A stretch of DNA of 64,000 nt, from the NCBI GenBank assembly GCA_964016885.1, contig OZ024740.1, forward strand, positions 394,692,001 through 394,756,000. The letters run 5' to 3'. Shown piece after piece: positions 40,000-55,705 of this stretch. The translations under genes were made by a program, and so were the position numbers. This DNA is from Eledone cirrhosa (taxonomy: Eukaryota). Below the pieces are notes generated by a model that had not been told where the DNA came from, made no database searches, and worked only from the letters and a program-made list of their open reading frames with translations. Within the stretch, counting starts at the first letter, position 1. Each line of letters opens with the position of its first letter.

Positions 40000-40580
40000 T
40001 TTACTTTCATCATTTTCGCTATTTTCACCCACCTTTTCGAAAATGTAGTGGAAGAGAGCACAGTTCCCTCCACCCTCGCCATCCTTTCTCAGTGAAACTT
40101 GAAAGCAACGATGAGAGCTTGATCGAAGAGGAATGTGCCTGTCTCCAGTCCCACACTCTCTCGCCATAGTCACCAGATGTAGAAAACATTACCACAATCT
40201 ATGTTAAAGGAGGGTGGCAGAACGATCTTTTCGATCTATCGATAGTTGAATCCATCCAACATGCAACAAAGGTTTTACAACATAACTCCACAAGTCATCA
40301 ATACACGGACACTAAACGAGTGTGTGCAGAGCAGTTTCGTACTTCTTCGTCAAAGCCCTCGACGACAAGCGCCGTCCGCTTTGCTTATACCTTTCCTAAA
40401 TTTTCTCTGTTCAGCAAAGTTATGGACTGGAAATTATCCATTACATCTTATATGTTCGTATCTTTCCTGAGCAGTACTACTGCTCTGTGGCTCACAGAAC
40501 TGGGAATATTGCCATTCTGCTGCCATTTACAGTGGATGTTTGCCAGGATGTCTCCGAACAAGTCTGACATATACTCGTAA
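40000..40580 (-). pseudogene. Internally deleted Tx1/L1-type LINE fragment
   Basis: Minus translation LFGDILANIHCKWQQNGNIPSSVSHRAVVLLRKD...NFQSITLLN (early RT) joined to TALHTLV*CPCIDDLWSYV (zinc knuckle); related to 9130-9915. Confidence 0.6.
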
Positions 40581-40644
40581 AACTTGTAGGATAGACTATA
40601 CAAACCTGATGAGGATTAGTAGTAGAAGTATTAATGATAATATA

Positions 40645-40837
40645 ATAATTGTTTCTACTTTTGGCACAAGGCCAGCAATTACCCAGTACATTACTGGTAC
40701 TTTATTTTATCGACCCCGTAAGGATGAAAAGCAAAGATGACCTCGGCGGGATTTGAACTCAGACCATAAAGGGCCATAACTCTTTGCTGCAAGGAATGGC
40801 GTCAGACCCTCTACCGATACTGCCAATCCACCACCCT
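40645..40837 (-). mobile_element. SINE family 1 copy
   Basis: Full-length reverse-complement match. Confidence 0.9.
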
Positions 40838-40898
40838 AATAACAGAAATAATGACAATGATCAACATAATAATCAACATAATAATAATCTTTATCATA

Positions 40899-41100
40899 AG
40901 GCAGTATCGGTAGAGCGTCGGACACCACGCTTTGTAGCATAGAGTTACGACCCTTTACGGTCTGAGTTCAAATCACGCCGAGGTTAGTTTTGCCTTCCAT
41001 CCTTACGGGGTCTAAAAAATAAAGTACCAGTAACACATTGAGATCGATTTGACCGACTCAAACTTCAAATTGCTGGCCTTGTGCCTATAACATAAACCAT
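40899..41100 (+). mobile_element. SINE family 1 copy (long variant)
   Basis: Consensus match with an extra GATCGATTTGACCGACT segment. Confidence 0.85.
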
Positions 41101-41155
41101 AATTTCCATAATCATCGTCATTACAATCATCATCATTATTATCATCAGTATCGTC

Positions 41156-41340
41156 TTGGCAGTATCGGTAGAGGGTCGGGCACCATACTTTGCAGCATAG
41201 AGTTACGTCCCTTTACGGTCTGAGTTCAAATCCCGCCGAGGTTAACTTAGCCTTTCATCCTTACGGGGTCGATAAAATAAAGTACCAGTAATGCACTGGA
41301 CAATTGCTGGCTTTGTGCCAAAAGTAGAAACAATTATTAT
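41156..41340 (+). mobile_element. SINE family 1 copy
   Basis: Near-consensus match. Confidence 0.9.
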
Positions 41341-41835
41341 CAACATTTTAATCATCATCGTCTACGATGTAAGTGGCCATCCATTATTCAATGGTGTTGA
41401 TTTTCGTTCGGCCGTGTGTTTGTTTGTTTATTATTTTTTTCCATGCTGAGCTTCTTCAATATTTTAGTCAATGTCGAGACTGGTTTAATGGCTTCTCAAT
41501 CTGGCAAATGCCATGTATTGTTAGGCTCATAAATAGGTCTTTATCAAAACCTGAATGTCTCCCTAGCTGCTCCAATGACTAGCAATAAAATTTACCAGGG
41601 TTATAAATAATAATAACTTTACATTTGTGCTTCTTTGTTAATAAACACTAAAGAAACCCAGCAATTTTATCTAGAAAAAAGGCAAAATACACTAGTATAA
41701 TAGCAATAGACACGTATACACGTATATTAAGAACATGTATGTATATGTATATATATATTGATAAATAGATAAACAGATAGATCAGTAGATGGGATTGGCA
41801 CACACGCACACACACACATACATACATATATACAT

Positions 41836-41869
<34 letters not shown>

Positions 41870-42229
41870 GAGGGAGGCAGTGTACTAATCTTTTCTGTTT
41901 ACTATTTTCCCCGGAATCGAGCCAATATTTGTTTAATCGGTGTGTGATTGTCGAACCGCTACCTTACGGGAGTGTATGGCTGTTGTAGTCACAATGTGTG
42001 TGACATTGCCGAAACTATTATTCTGACATAAATATTACTAAAATATAATCATACAAACTTTAGGCTATTTCTATTCGTAATGCAACAGAAACTTGATTTA
42101 ATCTTTGTTTCTGAGTGGAGTTTATTAGAGTTGAAAACAAATGACGATCGAAATATATAAAAAAATAGAAATATTATTTCAAAAGTCTGGGTCCAGAAAC
42201 GACTGCATAAGCAGGAGCGGAAATACTTA

Positions 42230-43160
42230 CAAGCTCCCGGCTATCAGAATTCCATTGGGAGGAAGGATTTGCCTCGTGAAACTTAGGCTGAAAGATAGGC
42301 CGCAGTTGATGGTGCAAGTTCATACACCAAACAAAGCGCCTGAAAATAGATCCTTCCTTGATAAGGTTATTGAAAAATTAAACGTAGTTGATCATCTATC
42401 CTAATGTGAGATTTCACTAACCAACTAACATGGAAGGAACGGTAATCTCGATCTAAATAGGCTCATATAACACTTCTGTGCTAGTAGTGGGCTCTCAGTT
42501 ATGAACATCTTCCAGCACATTGACATCTATGAATACACATGGCATAAGGGAAATCGGGGACAGAGACCAATAATTGACTTTCTTATAGTTTCCGACCTCT
42601 TCGATTCTATATTGGATGTTCGTTAAAAGAAGAACTGAACTGTCAACTGATCACTATCTAGTTATATGCAACACGAAGCGATCTAAAGCCTAGAGAGAAC
42701 ACACAAAACTTGCAGATCGAGCTCAACCTAAAAGATAAAGAGGAAAGCGCTAGTGGATAAGGAAGTCCGGAACAGGTTTGCGGATGTTATTGCATCCAAA
42801 TTCAGAGAACTACTTGAGCAAACTGAGGACGTTGAAACGTAGTGTAGACTGTTGAGTTAGGCAGTTCCTGCTTCAGCTGTTAAAGTCTGCGTAGAATAAC
42901 GGTTTGGTGTGGCGTCGAGTGGAAGGAAGACCACTTTCTTCAATCAAGAGGTCAAAGATGCCACCGGAACAAAGAAGGAGGTTTACAAAGTTTAGCTACA
43001 AGCGTAGCTCCCAAGTAAGATGGTTGGATGGTCATGAGAGGACCCGCTGCAAGGTTGCTTGAGGACTCAGCCACCACGACACCCCCAAGAAGGAGAAGAA
43101 GAAGAAGAAGAAGAAGAAGAAGAAGAAGAAGAAGAAGAAGAAGAAGAAGAAGAAGAAGAA
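42230..43160 (+). pseudogene. Decayed LINE: AP-endonuclease region joined to a 3' end with (GAA)n tail
   Basis: Broken frames give GRICLVKLR..VQVHTPN, FCASSGLSVMNIFQH..YTW..IIDFLIVS, ELSTDHYLV (APE motifs); long (GAA)n at 43089-43160. Confidence 0.65.
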
Positions 43161-43519
43161 GCCATCTTTGATGGGTGTACAGTGCTCAACTAGCGCACCT
43201 AGAATATATGCTCTACTGATCTATAACATGTTTATTCATGCATAACAGTATTCGCTTCAGGTAGAGTGTCGTAGTGACATATTAGTTTACCTAACCGCAC
43301 AATTTCCCACCTTTTGACATTTCACAGAAGAGTTTGTTGATTCGTAATCATTCGAGCAATTTCTTTCCTAATACTCTCGTTAAATATTTATGTTAAAACA
43401 TATAAAGCCTTGTTCTGGGATGAAACTCGACGTGTATGTCTTAGGTTTTCGGTGAAGATGACATGAATATCAAACTGCTTACAGAGTTTCAAATTTACAA
43501 AACAACATCAAAACAATAT

Positions 43520-43722
43520 TGATTTCTATTTAAGATACAAGTCCAGAAAATTTGGAGGATGGACTAACTTGAGTAAATCAACCCCAGTAATTAACTGGTA
43601 TATTTCTTATCGACCCCGAAAGGATGAAAGGTAATGTTTGAACCCAGAGCATAAAGAGCCACAATCAATACGACAATTACATTATATCCGACAGTCTTCC
43701 AATTCTGCCAATCCAGCATCCT
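43520..43722 (-). mobile_element. SINE family 1, degenerate copy
   Basis: TTATCGACCCCGAAAGGATGAAAGG and TGCCAATCC elements. Confidence 0.65.
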
Positions 43723-44845
43723 TAACATCTCAACAATATTAAGAACAATGACCTTCAGAGTTAACGAGTGACATTAAGTAGACGCTCAGCCGTCTAAACA
43801 TCGCAGTCATATCTCACTTTCATCACATTGTCCTGTCTTAAAGAAATAAAGGACACATTATACAATATGGTGGTACATATACTGTGTTAATTATAGATCT
43901 GCTAGATCTTGGCTGAACTCGAGACTGAACAACAATAGCAGCACCAACATTAAAAAGAATAACAAAAACAACAAATACTGTAACAATGATGACTTACATG
44001 ATCGTTCAGTCTGCTAGAAATCCTACCAATTTGGCAATCCTTTTATTCAGTTATATAAATAACATTACAAATTTTATTAATATTAAAAAACGGAAAAAGA
44101 AGGGAAAGGCAAGGGCTCTAGTGTCACAGAAAAATGGGAGGAGGAATGGGGAGGGGTGGGCTCTGGGCCTAAGGCGTGACGATGTTGGGCCTCGCCCTGC
44201 GGACAAGACCGCAAAAGCATCCCACTTCACGGGGCTTCTACCTCAGACGCGCTGCCGACGTTCCGGTCTAGCCGAGGAGCTCGGCAATACGGGGTCCAAG
44301 TGCGCCTGAGGTCTCGACTGCGACCCGTGCGAAGAGGAAGTGTCCGGAAATCCCCAGTATTTTTTTGTCTTCCTTTGCATTGCGGGCCGCAGTACTGGGA
44401 TTTGTGGCCAAAGCGAATAAGTTGGAGACGGAGAACGTGTCACTGTCCCTCAAATTGTAAAAGGTTCCAATGACGCTGCCAATCCACCAAAGTTTTCAAA
44501 GCTATAATAGAATATATATAACTCTCCTTATTTCGAGTTTTGTTTCTCTCGTTTGCACAGCAAAACATAATAGGTGTAACTGGTAATTGCTACGTCATTT
44601 TAGACAACCGTTTGTGTTCATATTAATTTATTTTGTGTGCTGGCTGCAAAAGTGAATTTTGTTATAGTTTTCGATATTGTAATATTTTTACCTACATTAA
44701 CAGGACACCTTACTTTACTATTCACACAAGTCTGTGTATGTATGTGTACGTGGGCGTGTATATGAAATGTGTATGTGTTTTAATGTGATGGAATAAGATA
44801 TCTTGATTTATGGCTGTGTGAAGTAAAAGATTACGATATTAACCA

Positions 44846-44895
<50 letters not shown>

Positions 44896-44936
44896 TCATA
44901 TATATATATGATACATACATACATATATATATATAT

Positions 44937-45140
44937 GGGTCTAAAAATATTAGTTGCCATTAGACGAAGGAGGTCCACCTACATATAGAATGGTATCGTT
45001 TAATTTTTATAATAAATAACATTTTCGAAAGATACATAAGTGGAAACAAAACAGTGCAATCAAATATTTGCGGAAAAATATCTTACCTCCTCCAATAAAA
45101 AATACTATGTATTTTGCGAAATCCATAGACTTTCAAAAAT
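44937..45140. repeat. Dispersed repeat duplicated at 46468-46682 (possible hAT-type left end)
   Basis: ~200 bp shared; second copy starts CAGTGGCGGA, resembling a hAT TIR; no partner TIR identified. Confidence 0.6.
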
Positions 45141-45263
45141 GACCAGACATCGACCCTAAATATTACTAATAGCTCTGAAGTTTGATCTTGGTCGGGAGCA
45201 GGGGTTCTTTTTCATTTTTTTTTCTATTGCTTGTAAAATAAAAACTTAAAAAGATTTCAAGTA

Positions 45264-45331
45264 CCTCTTGACCAGGATTGAACCCAAGACCAGGATCTCC
45301 GCCATCTCTAGTACCTACCGCTAGGCCACAG
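45264..45331 (-). other. tRNA-like Pol III head (SINE/pseudo-tRNA fragment)
   Basis: Minus strand TGGCCTAGCGG (A box) ... GGTTCAATCC (B box); no complete cloverleaf. Confidence 0.45.
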
Positions 45332-45732
45332 AAACAACTACGAAAATCTTATTAAAATTCATACATATAAACCTACTTTCAAAATTTTCGAATCAGAATG
45401 ATGTGGTGTCGATAATGTCTTTCTTAATGTTATTGCTCCCAGTTAAGGTCGACTTCTAAATCATTTGGGTGTTCTATAAACTACATCCTCGTTTTGTTTC
45501 TCATCTATCTAGACTACATTTTAACCTGTAACCCATATTTCATTTCTGTTCCACTTCATTTCTCCCCATCCTCTCTCTCCCCTCTCTTTCTCCCTCTCTC
45601 TCTCCCCCTCTCTCTCTCTCTCTTTCTCTCTCTCTCTTTGTGATATTTGATTCTACTATGATTTGGGCTTACCTTATTCCTATATAAATGTTTTTGCATG
45701 TCAGTTAAATTCAAACTTACAATGATTGGCAT

Positions 45733-46465
<733 letters not shown>

Positions 46466-46985
46466 CACAGTGGCGGACTAGGTCCAAAAATATTGGTTGC
46501 CAGATGAAGGGGGCCCACTTAAATATAGAATGCTACCATTTTATTTTTATAATGAATAAATAACATTTTCAAAAAATACATAAGTGGAAACAAAACAGTG
46601 CAATCAAATTTTTGCGGAAAAATATCTTACCTCCTCCAATAAAAAATATTATGTATTTTGCGAAATCCAGAGACTTTCAATAATAACCTTTGGTCTTTCA
46701 CACTCACTCAATATATATATGTGTGTGTATGCGCGCGTGTGTGTGTGCATCTATAGAGTCGAGACATATCCAAGGATCTTGCGATTTCAGAGTCAGGTTT
46801 GATCATTGCATTGATCATGACGCGAGCTGGTCGCCAGAGAAACGATTTTAATATGTCTAATTTATGTTATTCGTCGCGCCACTGATTCTCCGTTTCTTAT
46901 GTGATATTATAGTCTGCTCTGTAAGAGCATCGAGTGTTCAAACGGCATACCGCTTACGGACGCTTTAAGCATCCCACACCAATTA

Positions 46986-47038
<53 letters not shown>

Positions 47039-47118
47039 CACCTTCACCACTAATTGATTTGACAGATGTCTTTAACTCATTGATACCAAATATTATTTGG
47101 TCAGTAGTTCGTGTGTAA

Positions 47119-48302
<1,184 letters not shown>

Positions 48303-48354
48303 GTTGGAGGTGAGTTTTATTGTAGCACAATAAAGCAATGCAAATATCGGATAA

Positions 48355-48403
<49 letters not shown>

Positions 48404-48411
<8 letters not shown>

Positions 48412-48791
48412 TAAGAGGAATTCCAACTTTGTCTGATTTACTCGTTTTATTTACAATCCTTTAAAATTTATAATGGTATTATAATGAAATAGTAAGATAG
48501 AATATTAAATTCTAAGTGTTAATTGAACAATTACTTTCATGCTTTCGCAATCTTCAGGTTCATAATATGTGGTGACAGTCAAGTTTGCAATTTTCAACTG
48601 AAAATTGCAAACTTGACTGTCACCACATATTATGAACCTGAAGATTGCGAAAGCATGAAAGTAATTGTTCAATTAACACTTAGAATTTAATATTCTATCT
48701 TACTATTTCATTATAATACCATTATAAATTTTAAAGGATTGTAAATAAAACGAGTAAATCAGATAAAGTTGGAATTCCTCTTATTAATATA
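48404..48791. repeat. 388-bp near-perfect palindrome (193-bp arms, 2-nt centre)
   Basis: Arms are reverse complements with one mismatch seen; left end abuts (TA)n; each arm carries a minimal HHR motif. Confidence 0.9.
48633..48671 (+). ncRNA. Minimal type I hammerhead motif (mirror copy 48524-48562, minus)
   Basis: tgaac-CTGAAGA-t-tgc(gaaa)gca-t-GAAA-gtaa-TT-gttca. Confidence 0.62.
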
Positions 48792-49166
48792 ATCTTCTAT
48801 ACACAACCATACACACCCGTCCTCATTTTTTGAATCAGTTCGAGCACTTCTTTCAGAACTGCTGGACTGGCTACCTGACAGATACCTCAGGCATAGAAAG
48901 TGATTATCACTAAATGGTGATGTTGGTTAGATTATCAATATTAGTATTATTGGGGCACCCACTGATAAATTATAGGAGCCCAATTGAATATATATCTATT
49001 GATGATATACAAGCTCCTACAATAATACGGCCAATTTTCCACGCAATACATTTAGTTAGCACCCCGAACACATAATTGGGAATGTAATCACTTATTTCCT
49101 AATGTTTGTTGAGTGAGTTGGAATTTGGCCGGAGTATCGCTAAAAAGCTTTCTCCGATATTGTATT

Positions 49167-49748
<582 letters not shown>

Positions 49749-49813
49749 TAAAGTAACAGCCGTACTAAGAGTGAGAAATGAAATTTCGTTTCATTTTTTC
49801 CGTATATATGTAT

Positions 49814-49866
<53 letters not shown>

Positions 49867-50833
49867 AATATATATGCTTGTGCGTCTGTGTCTACATATG
49901 TATGTTTGCATGAATGAATACACGAAGCTTTAGATTTAGTAGAAGGTACAGCCACTGATTCCAGCTACTTGCACTATCGTATATTTTGGTTTCTAGTAAT
50001 TTCCTGAGGAATTGGTTGACCAAATGCTTTGCTTAATTGTTTTATTTATTTGTTAAAAAATGTTATTCGTTCTCTTAGACTTCAGGTATTTTTTTAAATC
50101 AAAGCATTGGCCCCTAAAATACTACAGTGGGCCCTGCAATGCTACTGTGGGCTCTTGCAATGCGACCGTGGGCCACCTGGGGCCCACTTGCCATTTATAT
50201 ATATCCATCTCTCTATCTATTTATCTATCAATCCATCTATCTATCTACCTATCTATCTATGCTAGAGTTTCATATACTTAATACAGTGAGTTAAAGCACT
50301 TCGATCAAGGGAGATTATACATGCGATTAGTAATGTAAACTCCCTCTAGAAGTGTTTAATATCTAAACATAATAAGCACGGAAGATAACTCAAATAAAAT
50401 CAGTTGATCAATTTTTTTTTAGCATACAGACAAGGTAGATTGAATTGGATTTGGACTTAAAGACAACTGGTAAAAGTAACGAATATTTCAGTATTATTTG
50501 AACCTCATCAGTGAAGTATATTTTACTCATACGTATGCACATATACACACACACCCAAGCACGCACACACATACACACACACAAGCACGCACACACATAC
50601 ACAAACACATATGCATACACATAGACACACATAGAAACAGAGATAATGTAGTAACAGTGATTATATGTGCTTAATCTTCAGACATCCCAACACTAACTTA
50701 ATTTATTGATTATAATTCTTTTCTACTTTCTCTCCCGACTCTATTTCCTCTGTGTGTGCGTGTGTGTGTGTGTGCGTGTGTGTGTGTGTGTTTGTGTGTG
50801 TGTATATATATATATATATTTATGTATCTATAC

Positions 50834-50945
<112 letters not shown>

Positions 50946-51444
50946 ATATATATATATGGGCGTGTATGCACGTTGTGTATATATATGTCTATATAAGTGA
51001 GTAAAGAGAGAAGGGGACAGAGAAAGTACGTGCGTGAATGAATTATAATCAATAATTTAACTCAGCATGTGATAGGATGCCTCAAGATTAAGTTTAATAT
51101 AAGAGTCGCAATGCATTATGGTTAACTACGTGTATATCTGATTGTATGTAAGCTTGTGAAGAAAATGAATTGGATGATGTAATGTATGTGTTTGTATGCG
51201 TTTATGTGAGTGTGTGTATATGTGTGTGTGTGTGTGCATGCGTTTTTGTGAGTGTGAGTGTGTGTGTCTGTATCTGTGTATTGCTTTTTTGTGTGTATGT
51301 ATCTATGCATGTATGTATGTGTGTATGTGTGCATGTGTTTTTGTGAGTGTGTGTGTGTTTGTGTGTGTGTATGTGTGCATGCGTTTTTGTGAGTGTGGGT
51401 GTGTGTTTGTGCGCGCGCGTGTGTGTGTATGTGTGTGTGCGCGC

Positions 51445-51485
<41 letters not shown>

Positions 51486-51709
51486 CGTTCTTGTGAGTGT
51501 GTGTGAAGAAAGATTGGCGTGTGATACCCTGAAATATAAAATGAATCACATATGGTGCGATGATATGACGGGGCTGTTTGTATTTTTATTTGGGACTATA
51601 TTGGCTTATCACTGATCATGTGTACAGGTTGTGGGAGGAGAGGGAGGGGGCGAAGGGAAGAGGAAAAACAGCAACAAGTAGAATGAAAGCGAGGTGAAGA
51701 TAACGATGA

Positions 51710-52018
51710 AGATGGTGATGGTTGTGGCAGTGGTGGTGGTGGTGGTGGTGGTGGTGGTGGTGGTGATATTGGTGGTGCTGGTGGTGCTGGTGGTGGTGAG
51801 AGTGGTGATGGTGGTGGTGGTGGATTTGGTGGTGGTGGTAGATTTGGTGGTGACGGTGATAGAGTAAAAGAAAGAAGAAAATAAAGGAGAGGATGAGGAA
51901 GGGAAAGTATGGTTGAAAACAATAGCGGGAATAGAAGAAGAAGAAGAAGAAGAAGAAGAAGAAGAAGAAGAAGAAGAAGAAGAAGAAGAAGAAGAAGAAG
52001 AAGAAGAAGAAGAAGAAG
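51710..52018. repeat. (GGT)n and (GAA)n trinucleotide tracts
   Basis: Directly visible. Confidence 0.95.
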
Positions 52019-53417
52019 ATATCAATAAAATAAATACAAAACTGTTTTTTTTTAAGCAGCAAAAGTACATAAAAATAAGACCTCGTAAAATGTGACAAAA
52101 GACAAGTCATAAAATAAATACTAAATAAATAAAGATTAGAGAGGTTTTATTGAGATGTTTGTGAAGTACACAAGATAGTAAGATTTGTGTTAGGCAATTT
52201 TCCTCTTGAAAAATAACCTTCTCCTCTTCCTACGATAACACACATTAAGTAACTGGTTGAAACTGATGTTATCACCATTGTCAACTACCGCACGTTTTAT
52301 TATGGCTTTTTATATGATTGTTGCTGTTGCTACTGTTTAACCCTCAGTTCAGCACTGATTGCACAGAACAATGATTAAAGGTATTCTAACCATGACCGAT
52401 TTGTTTTTGTTTTTTTATGTGCAAGAAAACCAAGATCCGATTATCTAACATGCCCATTTTAAAGACGATTTAATTTAATTTAAGAGAATTTGAGCTGTTT
52501 TTCTATCAGAGCGAACGACTACAAGGCATTACTTCCGTTGCTTTATTTATATGTATGCTGCAGTTATTGCTAATACTGATCAGACCTTTCACCCGTGACC
52601 AACCTATTTTTTTTGTTTGTTTGTTTGTTTTTTTTTTTGTTTTTTCAGGCAATGCATCCAATTATAGGTTTAATGTATTCTTCCCTCTATAAGATGGCTT
52701 AGAAGATTTGGGCTGCTATTTCTAGTAAAATGAGTGGCCGTTTAGAGAGATGAAGGGCAGCACACACGAATTTTATGCAAAACCTCGGAGACAAGGGTAA
52801 AATAAAATAAATACCACAACTCAATGGTTAACTTGAAATCCGAGGGATACTCCAATTGTATGAAACAGAGTGGAAAGTAACCAAGTACCAGATTGTAGAC
52901 TATTAAGCCGGGTGACGAATGAAATCTACGAAAGAGCATATATATTTCATCCGAAGAGTATCCATTCAGTTTACGCCAACTTATTTTCACAAGACCTATA
53001 TTATAGTAGATAACAGTTGCACAGTGGTACTGACTCCGAAACCGCGTGTTTGTGAAGTGAAATTTTAACCAAGTGGCCAAGCCTTACCAAACATTAATCT
53101 AATATGCGTCAAGCCAATATAAGAGATTCTAAGAGATTTTTCGACCTGTTAGTAATAACATCTAAATTACCTTAAATTCCATGCCACAGTCTTAGAAGAG
53201 GGCACATCGGATAGTGTGCCCTGGATTCTCTTAACATATGAAGATGGGATGGCCACGAATGTCCTTCAAATCTCAAGTCAGTCCCAACTGAAGCCATTGT
53301 GCAACCGCAAAACAAATTGCAGCACTATTGGGGCAACCATAACAACAAATCCAGTATATCTAACACCGTATAGAGGCAGAGACATTTCTACGTAGCATTA
53401 TATTGTTCTCTACATAT

Positions 53418-53609
53418 GGGTAGTAGATTGGCAATATCGGTAGAGAGTCGAACACCATGTTTGCAGCATAGAGTTACGGACCTTTATTATCTGAGTTCAA
53501 ATCCCGCCGAGGTTAACTTTGCCTTTCATCCTTACAGGGTCGATAAAATAAAGTACCAGTAATATACTGGGATAATTGCTGGCCTTGTGCCAATAGTAGA
53601 AACAATTAT
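53418..53609 (+). mobile_element. SINE family 1 copy, full length
   Basis: Consensus match; flanked by ATTATATTGTTC(T/A)CTACATA duplication (TSD). Confidence 0.9.
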
Positions 53610-53905
53610 ATTGTTCACTACATAAGGTACGTTTTAGATTAGAAAAAAGCGCCAACTACGTTTGCTTTCGCAAATGAATTCTCTAGCACTTTATTCTCAT
53701 AACAAACAGTTCTACATTATTAATTAATACATATTATTAATTGTTATATCTATAATATTATAAAGCTGAGCGTCGTATGTATTATGTATGTATGTATCCT
53801 ACACACCTCCCTATAGTTTCTTAGCTTTACTCTCTCTGTCGCTCTTCACTCTCTATATGACAACACTGTTTTACTTTCCGTATCTCCCTTCAATATATAC
53901 TCATA

Positions 53906-53956
<51 letters not shown>

Positions 53957-54066
53957 GGAAAACTACACATACACATCTACAGAGAGAGAGAGACAGAAAA
54001 ACAGAGGGAGGGGAAAAGAAAGAGATAAGCCGTTAAACAGAGAGAGATACAATTAAAGTGTTAGTT

Positions 54067-54109
<43 letters not shown>

Positions 54110-54258
54110 GACCAGCAAGTGACCGTTTCCAATGACGTTAAATCAAGTATCGGCATAAAATAATTTTGAAATAAACAATGTGTATGATCAAATGTAGCGG
54201 TGATTGAAAAATAACGTTCATTTCCGTGGTATATCTTTCATCTGTCGTCGCTCGCATA

Positions 54259-54293
<35 letters not shown>

Positions 54294-55481
54294 TACACAC
54301 ACTTTCACACATGACTTCGCCAATTGCTGGATAACATCAAAACAAAACATAGACACACATGCACATACACACATACACAAACACACATACACATGCACAA
54401 ACACACATACACACACATATCTATACTTATAAAGCTGACGGTCGTATATATGTATGTATGTGTGTATGTATGTATATTAACAACACAGCTTAACTCTTTC
54501 TTTTTAAACTCATTTCTACGGTAGCTCCTCCCCTTTGCTGCGAAGTCGGAAGGACAATGTGACACGGGAGGGTGTGTGGTATCTTTGCTGTGGAGTGGTG
54601 GGGGCAGGTATACCTAGCCGAGCGCCAGCCGGACGGGCCAACTAGTAAATAAATAAGAATAAAATAAATACATACGTGTTGTAGAAATTAGTGAGCAGGT
54701 CATAAGAGTACAATGAACGTGTCTGAATCAACATCTAATTGAAATAATAAATGATTAAATGATAATACGTGTGTTTATTAACCGCCTAGTTGGGGGGGAA
54801 TGGTGTGGAAAACCAGCGGAGTCTGTTAAATGTTTTGCATTATTTACTTTCGTGGCTCAAGTTTCAAAATGTTTCGTATTTACCTTCTCTTTGTAGTCTG
54901 TCTTAAGCCATTTAAATCTCGTTATGCAGTTGTTTAATTAAAATACAATGTATTTCGTTAGAAATGTGGTCACAAAATGGTAAACAAAAAACACCGTCAT
55001 TAACTACAATATCCATGACATCCCATCTTAATATGAAATTCAATGTGTTGTTATCCATACATATATACGACTGGATTCCAAGTGCTTGCTAATGTGTCCG
55101 AACACGGAAGAGCCGAACTCCCACTGTCATCGCCTCCATCTTTCTCGCCCTCCCTTATCCTGGTTTCATGGCGTGAAGCGACTGAGAGTGTAAGACAGGA
55201 CGCCAGTAGCAATAGTAATAGTTGTTGATGTTGTTGTTGATGACGATGTTGTTCTTGTTGCTGTTGTTGTTATTGCTGTTGTTGCTCTGGTTGTTGTCGC
55301 TATTATTGTTTAACCCAGACAGCTGTAATTGAGCAAATCTACTATCAAAGATTTTCCGGTTGCAAATGTACGATTTTGTTTTGAAATTATATAAGACCAC
55401 ATTATTTAGTGTGTCCTTCTATTTCTTGTTTTAAAGACGACCAACGACGTTAGCTGGAGTTATTATCATTATTATTATGAC

Positions 55482-55705
55482 GAGGGTGGTGGATTGGCAG
55501 TATCGGTAGAGCGACGGATACCCTGCTTCCTTGCAGAGAGTTACGGCCCTTTACGCTCCGAGTTCAAAATCCCGCCGAGGTTAGCTTTGCCTTTCATCCT
55601 TACGGAATCGATGAAATGAAGTAGCAGTCACGCACTGGGGTCGATTTAATCTACTCCCCCTTCAAGTTGCTGGCCTTATACCTATAATAGAAAGAATTAT
55701 TATTA
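55482..55705 (+). mobile_element. SINE family 1 copy (long variant)
   Basis: Consensus match with GGGGTCGATTTAATC segment; (ATT)n tail; TTATTATTATGAC on both flanks. Confidence 0.85.

Noticed and set aside
44100-44460. GC-rich island with short ORFs
   Set aside because: No recognisable motif or splice structure; probably an unclassified TE fragment.
45264-45331. Functional tRNA gene
   Set aside because: A and B boxes are present but there is no acceptor stem or anticodon arm; SINE-like head only.
51596-52110. Pro-, Thr-, His- and Glu-rich ORFs
   Set aside because: Translations of (GGT)n and (GAA)n tracts.
54515-55215. Unique GC-richer patches as possible exon or promoter
   Set aside because: No supported ORF, splice-site pair or recognisable domain from sequence alone.
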